This document shows positions 1 through 13,746 of a stretch of DNA of 64,000 bases, piece after piece. Source of the stretch: the human T2T-CHM13v2.0 reference genome, Homo sapiens. Location of the stretch: NCBI RefSeq assembly GCF_009914755.1, contig NC_060928.1; one strand, written 5' to 3'. Position 1 is the first letter of the stretch. Every line of letters starts with the position of its first letter. The notes below the pieces were generated by a model that made no database searches, had not been told where the DNA came from, and saw only the letters and a program-made list of their open reading frames with translations. Made by a program: the position numbers and the translations under genes.

Positions 1-69
1 TTGGCATACTACAATGCTGTTGATTTTTGTGTGTCAATTGAACAAACACACTTTGTGTGTCAATGAATA

Positions 70-350
70 AACACTGTTATAAAGACTATAAATTGCTAGT
101 TTTCTGAGAAGGCAATTTGAGAGTATTTATTAAAATTTTAAAAATGCACATACTTATCAAGGTAAAAAATGTAACTGCAGATATGTGTTCTAGAGAAATA
201 TTTATGCATGCACTTAAAGGGGAAAAGGTACAAGCATGTAAACTGCAGCATTTTTAACAAAAAAAAATTATTTTCACAGTAGAAACTTTAAAAAAAACTA
301 TTCAATTCAAAAATGATTAAACAAATTATAAACATGCACAATAAAGACTC
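70..350 (+). mobile_element. Degraded old L1 (L1ME-like) 3' region
   Basis: Motifs such as gaaggcaatttgagagtatttattaaaatttta and aactgcagcattttt resemble the end of L1M ORF2 and the 3'UTR; very diverged. Confidence 0.45.
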
Positions 351-1753
351 TATTAGGTCAGAACCAACTTCTAAGCTTAGTAGACACAGTGCCTAAAGCT
401 GACACAAATGTTCTAAGTTTAATCTTTCAAAATCAACTAAAACAGTGAATATAATAATTATTATAGCAATTATTATACGATTAGTTCATCCTTAATTATA
501 CTCATTTATACCAAAAAGTAATAAAGATTATTAGTATCTTAAGAGGCTTATGAAGAAAAAAATTGCTAATGTCCATGAAAGTCATATCTCATTTCTGTAT
601 TTAGATGTTAAAAGCAATCATATATATTTATACATAAGCTGCAATGTTACGATTTCCAACATAACCAGTTACATTCAAATGGCAAAAATTTTGAACCATA
701 TGAATAGTATTCCACAAATTATTATTATTATCCCTCAAAAGAGAGTATCTATAAAGTATGTAAGTGCATAAAGTATCTGGAAGAATGCACATCTAGCTTC
801 AAACGGGGACTACTTTTACCAAGAGTACTAACTCCTTTTGTTCTGAGGGTATGTGTGAAGAGATCTTTTACTTTTGGCTTTATATTCTTAGATATGTGTG
901 GATTTATTTTACAATATGGATATAGGTTTGAAATATAATACATTTTTATTTAAAATGTACCATTTTGGTTACTAGTGTGCATCACAAATCAAGTCAGACT
1001 TAGTGGCTTTATCTGAAATTTCTTAATTACAGTCTCACATTCTGAAGGACAGCCACATGGACATTACACAATGCTTGTCTCTGCGTCATAACATATGGGA
1101 CCTCTACTTGGATGAATTAAAGACTAACCATAATGTGGTTAGTTGGGGGTTGAGATCATTTTAAGGTTCTTTCCCTGACAGGTCCGGTGCCTGGGATGGA
1201 ATGAATCAAGGGCTAGAACTGCTTACTCTCATGCATACATGCAAAATCACCACGTAGCTTAATTTTCTCAGCATAGCAGTTCCACGGCAGTTAGACTGCC
1301 TTCATGAAGGGACTGAAGTATGAGTTTTCCAATAAGTGAAGCAAAATCTGCATCACCTTTTGGATCACATCTTGCAAATGGAAGAATGTCATTTCTGCCA
1401 TACTCAAAGCAATCACAAGGCCTTTTTTCTTTCCTCATTTTGAAGGGAGAAGTTGCAAATTCACACTATAAATAAATACGTGCAATACAGTTATAGATAT
1501 CTTTTGAAGATACAACTCTCTCCAATTTGACTTCTAGTCCCAACAATTTACATCCCTTCAACTTAGAAAATAAATTCGCCCTCCCCAACACTTCCAAGTT
1601 TTCTACTATTATGGAATCAGATGGAAGTTTAAGATTTCATTATCAAAACCAGGTCCATGTTCAGATGAAGCCCCTTTTGTACGACAACTCTAGTGCAGTT
1701 TCTATCAATTTAAAAATCTGTAAACTAAAGAGACAGGAGACTATATACCTCCC

Positions 1754-1755
<2 letters not shown>

Positions 1756-1822
<67 letters not shown>
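1756..1822. repeat. Compound (CT)n(CA)n microsatellite
   Basis: Directly visible. Confidence 0.97.
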
Positions 1823-1825
<3 letters not shown>

Positions 1826-1966
1826 TCAATAGTGGGACAGGCACGTGACAACCACTGTAGTCATTTTCATTCAAAGGCACACAAAATAGAAGACACCAGA
1901 TAATAACAATTTCTAAAATGCAAGCAAGCACACATCATCAGTTCTTGATTAGAATTCCATGCTACT

Positions 1967-1968
<2 letters not shown>

Positions 1969-1997
<29 letters not shown>

Positions 1998-2100
1998 GAG
2001 ACGGAGTCTCGCTCTGTCGCCCAGGCCGGACTGCGGACTGCAGTGGCGCAATCTCGGCTCACTGCAAGCTCCGCTTCCCGGGTTCACGCCATTCTCCTGC
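1969..2100 (-). mobile_element. 5'-truncated AluYb8/Yb9-type element with TSD GCTACTCCTTTTT
   Basis: ggccggactgcggactgcagtggcgcaatctcgg is the Yb-lineage 7-bp duplication. Pure poly-T at 1969-1997; TSD at 1961 and 2101. Confidence 0.92.
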
Positions 2101-2326
2101 GCTACTCCTTTTTAATTGTTACCCTTGACTCTTGGCTCTGCACTCTGTGGTCGTGCCCCAACCTTCCAAATCAATCAGTTTTCTACATTTTTAGATAGGA
2201 TGCATGTTTGTAACTAAGTGTCCCTCTCAGCCAACTTTCTGCCTATTAAAATCTGGTTTCTCAAAAGTCTATTTTCTCTTTATACTATCTGTTCCTTTCA
2301 GTCCTTTTCTCTTAAAAACTTTCTAG

Positions 2327-2436
2327 AGCCAGGTGTGGCAGCTCATGCCTGTAATCTCACTACTTTGGGAGGTCAAGGCAGAAGGATCACTTAAAGCCTA
2401 GCTTGGGCAACATAATGAGATGGAGATCATGTCTCC

Positions 2437-2520
<84 letters not shown>

Positions 2521-2540
2521 ATATATATATATATATAAAT

Positions 2541-2589
<49 letters not shown>

Positions 2590-2815
2590 GAGACACACAT
2601 ACACATATATTTAAATGGCATGCCACGTTGGCACATACCTGTAGTCCTAGTTACTCAAAGGCTGAGGCAGGAGGATCTCTTGAGCCCAGGAATTCAAGGC
2701 TGCAATGAGCTATATTGGCACTGCCCCTGCATTGCAGCCTGGGCAATGAGCTATACTGGTACCGCCCCTGCACTGCTGTCTGTGCAAGAGAGCAAGACCC
2801 TGTCTCCAAATAAAT
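2327..2815 (+). mobile_element. AluJ-type element with an expanded central TA/TG microsatellite
   Basis: Left arm 2327-2440; right arm 2615-2815 with the J-type ggaggatctcttgagcccagg. Confidence 0.85.
2440..2612. repeat. Compound (TA)n(TG)n(TA)n(CA)n microsatellite
   Basis: Directly visible. Confidence 0.97.
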
Positions 2816-4494
2816 TAGTTTAGTAAATAAATAAAATTAGTCAAATTAGTAAAAATTAGTAAGTAAATGAAAATAAAACTTTTTGGGTTTCTTGTATATT
2901 GATTTATAATTTATTCCATTAGACTAAGCATACTTCTACAAATTTTCTCTGGATTAGGTTTCTGGGAGGCTCTTCAGATTCTCAGAAGCCCTATAGTTTA
3001 AGAGAGATGGTCTGTAAAGCGCAATGTTAAGATCCTTAGAAGGCCTCAGTCTATTTTAAAGGTTCTATGAGGTACCACCTAATATAGTTCTAAAGTATTA
3101 CAAAGGATTTCTACAATAATAACCTTGGCTTTATATTTATTCTGCAAGTACTCTGTGTTTTATTTTTGCCCAGTGGCTCGTTATCACATGATTTTGCATT
3201 TTTGTTTTTTGTTCTTTGTTTTTAATAACCTAACAAATCCTGGCTCCTTTATAATTCCTATAAATTTTAGTTGCTTTAAAACCCGACAATTTCTTGTTGG
3301 CTCACTTCTCTCTATCCATATGTTAGCTAAAATACATCAAATAATCATCTTATTTCATATTCCATATTGGAAGTTTTCTCAGTCAAATCCACTAGTTAAT
3401 TAAAATTATTTTCTATTTTACACATCATCACAGGGAAGACTCCACCAAAACTTGTTGCTACTGCACTTCAAGAATTACCTTGTTTTCAGCCTCCTGTAAC
3501 AATTTCCTCCCTAGCACTCCAGTGTTCTCTGATATTCTCCTCAAGGCCCTTCAAGATTCAGCCCACTGTTTGGGCCACAGTTAATGCCACATGATTTAGG
3601 TTTTTGTTACAGCAGCATCACAATTTTGGTGTCAAATTTTATTCTGATTCTTCACTCCACAACAAACTGGCCCAAAACGTGTCAGCTTACTGCAAACATT
3701 TAATTATGTTCCTGGATTTTAGAGGTTGGGAATTCATAATGTACCTCAGGGCATAGTTTGTCTACACTACATTACTTGATGTTGGGGACTATGGCTGAAA
3801 GACTCAAAAGCTAGGGGGTAACTTGAGCCTGGAGAGAATACCATCGAACGGGTTGTTCACTCACATGGCTGGTGCCTGGCCTGGGAAGATCAAAGACTAA
3901 TCCTGCTGTTCAGAGCCCCAACGTTTGCCTACTATGTAGCTTGGCTTCCTCACAGTTTAACAGTTGCAGCATATTTAAAGTGTGTGTGTTCCAAGCACAG
4001 GTATTTCAGTGAAAAAGGCAAAGGTGCATCACCTTTCATGAGGCAGCCTGAGAAGTTATACAGCATCATATCTGGCATTCTCTATCTGTTAAAGGATTTG
4101 GAAGCGCACTCTCATTTAAGGGAAGAAGCAGAGGCTTCATCCTTCCATGAAAGGAGGGCCAAAGTCACATTGTAGAGGAAGATGCAAAATAGGAAATGTT
4201 GTGACTGTTTTTGGAAATACAACCTGCCATGTCAGAATCACCACATTAGAAGTATTAATATTAATATCTAGAAATAATTGAAAGTTTTTGAAAATCCACA
4301 GGAAATCTTGTAGAAAGAAACCAACCATTTATTTATTTTTAAAAATCACAAATTATATCAAAACATAATTAAATCTCCCATTATATTTTGTGTGAAGAGT
4401 TTAATTGGTTATAAAGCAATCGCTTATGGAATGTATTCTGTATGAAAAAGTATTTGATTGACTCGGCTACCTCCTGCTCATACTAATTAACTTT

Positions 4495-4760
4495 GTTTCA
4501 GTGTCATCTCTAGGAAACTTTCTGACTCCCTCCTCATCCCTGCTTACTCCATCAGGGGTGTCCTTTACTATGCTCCCAGGGCATACCACACTGATATCTA
4601 TTTTAGCATGGAACATTTGGAGTGTTTAATCACAAACCACCCACCCTGTCTCTCTCCCTCACTCTATCAGCTAGCTGAGAACTAGATTTTGCTCCCTGTT
4701 CATTGAATACCTAGTGTTTGTTTACAAAGTGCTTAGAATACAAGCAGACAATTTTCTTCC
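4495..4760 (+). mobile_element. L2 3' fragment
   Basis: tctaggaaactttctgactccc...ctatgctcccag...attgaatacctagtg resembles the L2 3' end. Confidence 0.5.
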
Positions 4761-4789
4761 TTAGGAAAGACAAAGAAAAATAATAATAA

Positions 4790-5000
4790 TAGCAATAATA
4801 TTTTACATTTATACATTCTTGAAGTTTACACACATATGATCTAATTTGCTAATTACATGTTGGGGATTTCTATTTTTACTAGTAAGTAAACTGATGCCTG
4901 GAAAGCTTTTGTAGCCTGCTCAGTATCATCAGACAGGTTTGTAGCTGAGCTTAAAATAAACTGAAGGATTCCTCAGTTTTACTCAAGTCATCTTTCCATC
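4790..5000 (-). mobile_element. MIR fragment
   Basis: MIR-core-like tatttttactagtaagtaaactgatgcctgg. Confidence 0.5.
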
Positions 5001-5807
5001 ACCCCTTTCTACCACTGTGAACAATTTAGTAATGATGACTTGTCATGAATCTACCTAACAGACTTTGATACAACTTTGATTGTGCCATATTATGTTTTGA
5101 ATAAAGCAGTATTAATAGATTTACCTTGAAAAAACTATATATAGAATGTCAAGATAAATAGATGTCACTCTTACTTTCTCCCAATTTATAGTAGCTAAAT
5201 CCCATATAGAAATAAGAACGTCGTATTAGGATTCCATAAAGACTGAAGTTTCGTAGGAAAAACTCTAAACTTACAAAACTGAAAATAAGATTATTTACTT
5301 GCATTTTTTCAAACAAGACATATTTGTTCTTATGACATGCCTCACACATCTTAATATTTCATATTTAAGTATGCACGTGGAAAATATTCACGGATACATA
5401 ATTTATCCAAATATTTTAACCAAATATTTGTTCACTTATTTTAAGTTCCATTGTTTAGACAGTTTTGTGAGAAATTAAATGAATGCTTTCAAGATCATGG
5501 GTTGTTTCTTAGTATACTAGTAATTATAATTACATAAAAACCCAGAAATCGGAGGAGCAGCATTATGATTTTGTGTTTTTATGTTTTTCCCTTTTCTAGG
5601 TCCATTCTTCCTAAATGTTAATCAAGGAAGCAAAGGACATCTTGGAGGGAAGGAAAGAGCAAGTCACTGTTTTCTGTGATTCAGCTACTCTCTGTATTTT
5701 TTAAAGCTGTTTGAATATGACAGCGTTTCAACCTTTCAGAACATTCATTTTTCTCTTCTGAAAAATGGGCTAAGAGGACCCATCACTTAGATTTTTCATG
5801 GAGGAGG

Positions 5808-6196
5808 GTGACAGATGGAATTGTGTCCCTTTAAAATTCATATGCTGAGTCCTAATCCCTAGCATGTGTGTCATGAATATACCTCAGCATGTGACTACAT
5901 TTAGATATAAGGTCTTTAAAGAATTAATTAAGGTAAAATGAGATCATTATGGCAAGCCGTAATCCAATATGACTGGTGCCCTTATAATAAGAGGAAATTA
6001 GGACAAAGACAGAAAAAAACTAAGGAGTGAGGACGCACAGGCACAGGGAGAAGACTGTCATCCACAGCGCAGGGAGAGAGGTCTCAGAAGAAATCAACAA
6101 TTCTGGTCTCCAAAACTGTGAGACAACAAATTTCTGTTGTTTAAGCCATCCAGTCTGTGCATAACTTTGTTATGGCAGTCCTAGCGAACTAATGCA
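5808..6196 (+). mobile_element. MLT1A/B-type solo LTR
   Basis: aattgtgtccc..aaaattcatatg..gtcctaatccc...taatccaatatgactggtgcccttataa...tttgttatggcagtcctagcgaactaatgca. Confidence 0.85.
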
Positions 6197-7616
6197 AGGA
6201 GATTATGATTTATCCTAAATTTAGGATTAAATGGATAATGGCACAATCTGCAATGTAGAAGGTAGATTTTCTCTCATTCCTTTTCTTACTCAGTTTTCCT
6301 GCTCTTGAAATCTCAGGAACAGAAAACTTGCAGATATCTTGTTCAGATTCCAATGCCAAGTTTTCTTCATCTTTTTAAGGTCACAACTTTTTTTTCCTTA
6401 TAATGTTTCTTAAATTAAAACCTATCCATTTCAAGCCGCCCTTGGATCTTTCTGTCCTCACAACATTAGTGTTTGCCTGTGTGAGATTGCCAGTGAAATT
6501 GATGCATGTTTCTTACGTTAATAGGCATATTTACCTCTTAGTGAGTGTGCATTTATCCTCTAAATGTTAATAGGTCTTATGCATCTCTCTTTCCAGGGAG
6601 ACTGTATCCTCACACGAATACAGATGCACAAGGAAGAAAAAGCATCCTTTGTGCTGGCCACTCCACATAGCTTTCTCATCTTCAGTGCATCCAAACAGGC
6701 ATTTCCAAAAGCCAGGTGGCTCATGCTGCCTCACAACAGAAGCTTTTGCTTTCCAACAGTCTCATTTGAGTAATGGGCTAATAGAAAACCAAGTTATGGA
6801 TCTCCAGGACCAGAACAATAATAAGGCCATAATGAGATTGTTATCAATCTGGCCTCAGTTCTGGTTTCTTCTCTCAGAGGAACATCATGATGAAAATAGG
6901 AAAACTCATCAATCATAAAAATCACACAAGAGCCAAGCCAACTGGCTTAAATATACACACAACATTGCAGGTGAGACTGAATTTCACCGCTGGGAAGCAG
7001 TTTCTCTTTGAAAAATCAGAGTGACACACTAACTGATGGTTAACACATTAACTGATGTTCCTGCCCCTTTCTGAGTAGGTCCTGGGAAGTATGAAGTTAA
7101 GCAACTTTCCCAAGGCCACACAGATAACAAGACGTAAAACCAAGGATAAGAACTCATTTCTGAAATAGAGCTCATGTTGCCTCTCTGGCTCTTTTACTGT
7201 AAGCTTTAGGTGTTTAGCAACTCATATGTTATAAACAAACAAACAAGCAAAAAACAATAAAATAAAGAACAAAGAACAATAAAGGAAATGTATAAGTCGA
7301 ACAGTGAAATAACCCAACCAGTAAGGCAGCTCTAGTTAACTGAGAAGCCCTTGACTTTTCAACATCATTTCACCCCTTATTACTATGTAATTGATAACAA
7401 TAGACAATAATGATTATGCAGGCTGAAGAGTAAGAGTAGGCAAAGACATCAAATTTCCAAGGTATACATGCCTCCTCACGTACTCATTTCCTATGGATGT
7501 ACACTCTATCACTAACAGTGTTTTTGTTGCTTTTTTTTTCTTTTTCCCCAAACTCTTAGATTTATTCCACTCTGTTAAGCTTCCTGAATCACAGAGAAGT
7601 TGTCAGAAAGATTTTA

Positions 7617-7886
<270 letters not shown>

Positions 7887-8444
7887 TCACCACATACTTG
7901 AGAGGTAAAGTGAAAGGAATGTGAAGAACCATTGTTAAAATCCTCTTATATTTACATTTCTTTACTCTTCCTACTAAAAGCTTCAACTCTCAGGGAGGTA
8001 ACCTAAGGACATGTTTTGATTTCTCAATTTTCTCTTCAGCACTGATAAAGCTCCTTCTCATTCACAGGAAAGTAAGAATGAGGGTAGAACATGTAGAAAT
8101 ATGTAGAAACAAGGGTAGAAGCAAGCCAGCTTTGCTTATTTATATCATTTTTTTGCCATCCCAGGTTTATTATACAGGAATAACACCACAAACCAGGAAA
8201 ACTTCGGAAGATTTCTGATAAAAAAAATAATTAACTTGATTAGAACCTCTTTAGACAGTGGACTCATAGTCGAATCACTTCCAAAATAAATAGGTCAAAT
8301 GGAATCTCTCTTAACATCACTACCAGTAAAAACAAATCACGCTGATAAAGTGTTTGACATGGCCAATTTGGGAAAAAAACTGATACATCTATATGTAATT
8401 TTTGAAACAATTTATAGCTCATGCAATTATCTCAGATCTGAAAT

Positions 8445-9650
8445 TTCTATTAAACAGATATTTATTGAATGCCTCCTGCCATGTCAGGCAAAATTCTGTC
8501 TGCTGAGGACACAGCTATAAGCAAAATTCTTGTCTTCTCATGGTTTATTTGGAAAAGTTAGAAAACAGTAAAATAAGGAAGAAAAATATAGAATGTTGTA
8601 GATTTTTTAAAAATTCAGAGAAGGAGAATAGGAACAACCAGGCTGATGGTACATGTTCTTGCAACTGTAATTAGAGCAGGCAAAGGAATTCTCACCCATA
8701 AAGTGATATTTAAATAAATCCTTGAAAGAGTGAGAGATATGTCACGTTGGTATCTGAGCCAAGAGTGTTTAAGACAGAGGGCACCACAGAGCTAAATCCC
8801 TGGAAGAGTGAGTTCTTAGTATCCTCAAGAACTAGCCAAAGGGTAAGTATGGTTGCAGGGTAGAAGAAAGGATAAAATACCAGGACATGAGACAAAGTTG
8901 AACAGAGGATGCTGTGAGATCATTGAAGTCTTCGTAAATTGATTGTTAGGATTTGGTTGTCATTTTGGGCAGAAGAGTGGCATGATATCACTTACATTCG
9001 AAATCATCACTCTGCTTCTGTGTTAAAAATAGATTACAGAGGCCGGGTGCGGTGGCTCATGCCTCTAATCCCAGCATTTTGGAAGGCTGAGGTGGGTGGA
9101 TCACGAGGTCAGGAGTTCAAGACCATCCTGGCCAACAGGGTGAAACCCCGTCTCTACTAAAAATAGAAAAATTAGCTGGGTGTGGTGACAAGCATCCGTA
9201 GTCCCAGCTGCTCAGGCGGCTAAGGCAGGAGAATTGCTTGAACCCGGGAGGCGGAGGTTGCATTGAACCGAGATCACACCACTGCACTCCAGCCTGGGCA
9301 ATAGCGCGAGACTCTGTCTGAAAAAAAAAAAAAAAAAAAAAAAAAAGATTACAGAGGGCAAAACTGACAGAAGGAAGACCAGTTAAAACATTACTTTTAC
9401 CCAGGCAGGAAGTGATGATGGTTTGAAAAAGGATAGCAGTGGTGTTGGCAAAAATTGGTGGTATTTTAAATTTATTTTGAAGGCTGCACCAGCAAGCTTC
9501 TCTGACAGATTGAATGTGAGATACAAACGAAAAAAGAAGAGCTAATGGTGTTGCCAAGTTTGTAATCAGCTACAAGAATGAAGTTTCCACTTACTGAGAT
9601 AGGAAGACTTAAGGGAGGCAGGCTTGTTGAGGGAGGGGATGGATGAAGAA
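8445..9650 (-). mobile_element. L2 fragment interrupted by an Alu
   Basis: tatttattgaatgcc...gtcaggca (L2 3' end, antisense), with L2-like purine-rich sequence continuing after the Alu. Confidence 0.7.
9041..9345 (+). mobile_element. Full-length AluS (Sc/Sg-like) with TSD AGATTACAGA
   Basis: Both arms, poly-A, and agattacaga on both flanks. Confidence 0.95.
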
Positions 9651-10278
9651 ACAAATGCTCTTAAAAATTGTTCTGAGTCAACATATCTACGGTTAAGAAC
9701 AGTTTGATGAAAATGGGTTGGAGTTAGTTAAAGAAAATTATTCTTGGCATATGTTAAAGTTCTCAAGAAAGCATTCTTGGAAAAAAAAAACATGTTTAAA
9801 CTGAGGTCTAAGGGATAAACAGGAGTTGTGAAACTGAAGGGTGGGGATGGAGAAAGGGTTCTATGGAAAAGCCTAGTAAAGACCCAGGAACAGGATAAAC
9901 CACAGCACATCAAAGTGCGATCTGCTGTAGCACTTGCTTTGAATAGGTGAATCTGTTCCGAAGCAATTGATTAAATTAGAGGTAATTTGAGTATTGGACG
10001 AAGGCCTCAAAGAAGAGATTCAGAATTCGGTGCTTCAATCCAGAGTCTCATTCAAGAAGAAAAAACTTTTTGGGAAACTCCCAAGCTTTCTTACCCATTT
10101 CATATTCTACACAACTACCTTTCCCTTCTTTGTAGAGTGCAACCGAATATTTTTATTCTGTAGACCTATTACATTAGCAAGTCTGTGTGCAGTAAACAGT
10201 TTCATGTGAGTCCAGACATGAAAGGATGGAGAAATCACTCCAATAAGAAATGCAATTGAATGGCCAAAACGAGGGTGT

Positions 10279-10845
10279 TGTGATGGCTAATTTTATGTGT
10301 CAACTTGACTGAGCAAAAGGATGCGCAGGTAGCTGAAAAAAAAAAAACTATTTATGAATGTGTCCGGCAGGGTATTTCTCAGAGATTAGCACTGAACTGG
10401 TAGCCTGAGTAAAAAGGATTACCCTTCTCAATGTGAATGGGCATCAACCAACTCATTGAAAGTCAAAATAGAACGACAAGGTGGAAGATGAGTAAATTTT
10501 CTCTCTTCTTGAAATGAGACAACCATCATCTTATACCTTCAGACACTGACACTCCTGGCTCTTGGACCTTCACACTCAGACTGCAACTTAGACCATTGAC
10601 TTCCCTGGTTCTCAGGCCTTTAGATGTGGACTAGAACTTCATAACCATCTCTCGTGTGCCTCCAGCTTTCAGAGAGCTGATAGTGGGACTTCTCAGTTTC
10701 CACAGCCATGTGAACCAACTCCTTATAATAAATCCCTTCCCTCCGTCCCTCCCTCCCTCCCTCCCTCCCTCCCTCCCTCCCTCCCTCCTTTCTTTCTTTT
10801 TCTTTCTTTTCTTTATTTCTTTCTTTCCATCTACCTATTTGTCTG

Positions 10846-10892
<47 letters not shown>

Positions 10893-10952
10893 GTTCATGT
10901 ATCTTTCTATCTCCCATTGGTTCTGTTTCTTTGCAGAACATTCACTAATAAA
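10279..10952 (+). mobile_element. MLT2 (ERVL) solo LTR with internal microsatellites
   Basis: Starts tgtgatggctaattttatgtgtcaacttgactg and ends attggttctgtttct...ctaata. Confidence 0.88.
10735..10892. repeat. (CCCT)n, (CTTT)n-like and (TCTA)~11 short tandem repeat (STR) cluster
   Basis: Directly visible. Confidence 0.95.
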
Positions 10953-11489
10953 GGTGTGGTCCTCCAGAGAGATGAGTACATCTTGAATATATTATTTCTG
11001 TTATTCTCACAATAATTCTAGGAAATGCGTAGAGCCTAATTTCTTCTGCCGTAACACTTTATTATGTGTTGATTATCCTCAGGTAAGTTAATTACTAGTA
11101 AGGATAATGAAAAACCTGAAACTAGCAGTTAAGTGGGTGGGAGCAGTTCAAGCATAATGTAAATTATAAATGTTTCCCTTTCCTTCAATTTTTGAAGATC
11201 TAAAACAGCTATCACCTTGCCATCCACCTAATACCTGAAAGATTAAGAATTAATGCAAAGAAAAAAATCATCAAACCAAATGCAACTTATTCCCAGAGTG
11301 CTAAAGGACATTATTTTAGTGATTCCGGAATAAAACTTGGCAGAAAGTTATTCCTTTGATGTGTTTGCTTGATTTATTATGAAGCCTATGATACTAGGCC
11401 TTAAATGTTTCAAACAGAATTGAGCATATACAAATAACTATCTTTTCAGGTGGAAGAATTCTAAAATCACACAAGAAAATGTAAGGTAA

Positions 11490-11625
11490 GTTTGTAACTA
11501 TTCTTATTTTACAGCTGAGGAAAGTGAAGCTCATAAAACATAAAGAACTGAGCTAACATCATCCAGGTGTTAAATTAAAACTAGAACATCAATTCATTCT
11601 CTTGTATTTTTAGCACTGCATTAAT
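11490..11625 (-). mobile_element. MIR fragment
   Basis: MIR core attttacagctgaggaaagtgaagctca. Confidence 0.65.
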
Positions 11626-12200
11626 ATACCTTATTAAGCAGGTGTGATGTTGAAATGTTAAATCAATTATGCCAGACTATATAGACCACGACGATATGGG
11701 TCACAAGTGTTTTGTCACTATTCTATCCCAAACTCAAAGCACAGTGTTGAGTACACAATAAGTCCTAAATAAATATTGGCTGAATTGATGAAAAAAATGA
11801 TATTATTAATAGGTCACCTTGTTAGGGACACAGTCTGTATCTTAGAAGTTATCAAAATTGCCTCTAAGTTATGAATGCATTTAGGACATTGCTTTTTAAG
11901 TGGTAGCATTTTGAGAACAGGACAATTTGAACTTGTGCGGGAAATGTGTACATGTGTGTTTGTGCATGTGTATGTGTCTGTGCACATATGCATGAAAATG
12001 AAGGGCTGGTAGTATTGAAGAACCAGAAGGAAGGTCTAGGGATCATGAAAAATATCCCAAAAGACAACTAAATGTAAGTAATGTATCATTTCTAGAATTT
12101 GGTTTTAAAATTACTTTGGAAATCTTGCTCTCCAGAGAGGTCATATGCATTTGAGAGCAGATAATATTGGGGCAGATGTGACCTTTAGAGATCACTTAGT

Positions 12201-12395
12201 AAAGGGATCAGCAAACTATGAACCATGGACCAAATTGGTCCACTGTTTTGTGAATAAAGTATTATTGGAAGATAGCCGTGTTCACTGGCTTACATATTTT
12301 CTATGGCTGTTCTCACATTTAATGGGTAGAACTGAGCAGTTGCAACAAATAACAAAGCCTAAAACATTTACATTAAAAATGTTTTCTGACACCTG
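12201..12395 (+). mobile_element. MER58A (hAT-Charlie MITE), nested in MIR-like sequence
   Basis: gggatcagcaaactatg...ttttgtgaataaagt..attgga...agaactgagcagttgcaaca...aaagcctaaaacatttac...ctgacacctg. Confidence 0.8.
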
Positions 12396-13353
12396 ATTTA
12401 ATCTACATTCTTCATTTTACAGTCAAAGAAGCTGAGATCTCAATGGATGACAAGATCAGCTCAAAGTTACAAACACAGACTTAGAGGCAGGGCTGAACCG
12501 CCATTTCTTAGCATCTCCCTTTATCATCATCCTATTTTAAAGAGTAACACTGACTCGCAAACAATTTAGTTTTACTTTATTACAAAGTTCACTGTTTCTA
12601 TTTCCTATACATATGGTTTACCTTGTCTATGCAAACCGGCATCTTCCAGCTGCTTTATAACATCTGCTACATAAGAATACCTTGGACCAGTAAACCCCCA
12701 GGGGAAACTGCAACATCGCTAATGGGCTTATAAAAGCTGAGTTGAAAACTGACACAAGATCATACAAAATTTTGTAGAAAATTGATTTGAAAAAGAATGA
12801 GGTTTCAGCAATAACTCAATGGCCAATTGTATTAAGATACCAGCTGTATATTCGCCTTTGATGGGCCCTCCATAAATATTAACAATGCTCAATTTTGGGA
12901 TACAGAGAAAGACAAGGTAATGGGTCAGAATCCCTCAGTTCCCATTTGGAATGTATGGTGGATATTTCAATAGTGATAAGGGTGCCGACATGATATAGGA
13001 ACTATCTCTCCCTTACAGAAATGGAGAATGGGAATTGACCTCAGGAATGAAGTCTAATGAGGCCAAGATGACAAAAGAGCTCCTACTGACCCTCTGTGTG
13101 AAATGCACAAATCAGGACAGTATGCAGAATTGCAAATGAGTTGAAAAAAAAGCCAAAGAAGGAATTAACCATCAAAATAGAAAAGAATCAAAGAAAGCAA
13201 TTAAAAATTGGTATTAGTAGAAGGAACCAAAGTTGGAGTTTATGGGTGAAGGAGAAAAAGGAAATCAGAGCTTGTGGTTCTGAACTTCATGGCAGGTTCA
13301 GGTGCCTGTCCCAGCAGCATATCTGTGCTGACTGGCTTCACATAAAGAGCTAG

Positions 13354-13746
<393 letters not shown>

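Larger units (their letters stand above)
957..4230 (-). mobile_element. Near-complete MLT1 (ERVL-MaLR) element: LTR ~957-1525, internal ~1526-3635, LTR ~3636-4230
   Basis: Two related LTR-like blocks share ggtgcctgg, gtagctt, gcatcaccttt and the ending ttttg(g/a)a..tacaac. The internal segment ends with the MaLR-int motif tttttgttacagcagca near 3600-3630. Confidence 0.7.

Noticed and set aside
2387-2708. Tyr/Ile-repeat ORFs
   Set aside because: They are translations of (TA)n microsatellite.
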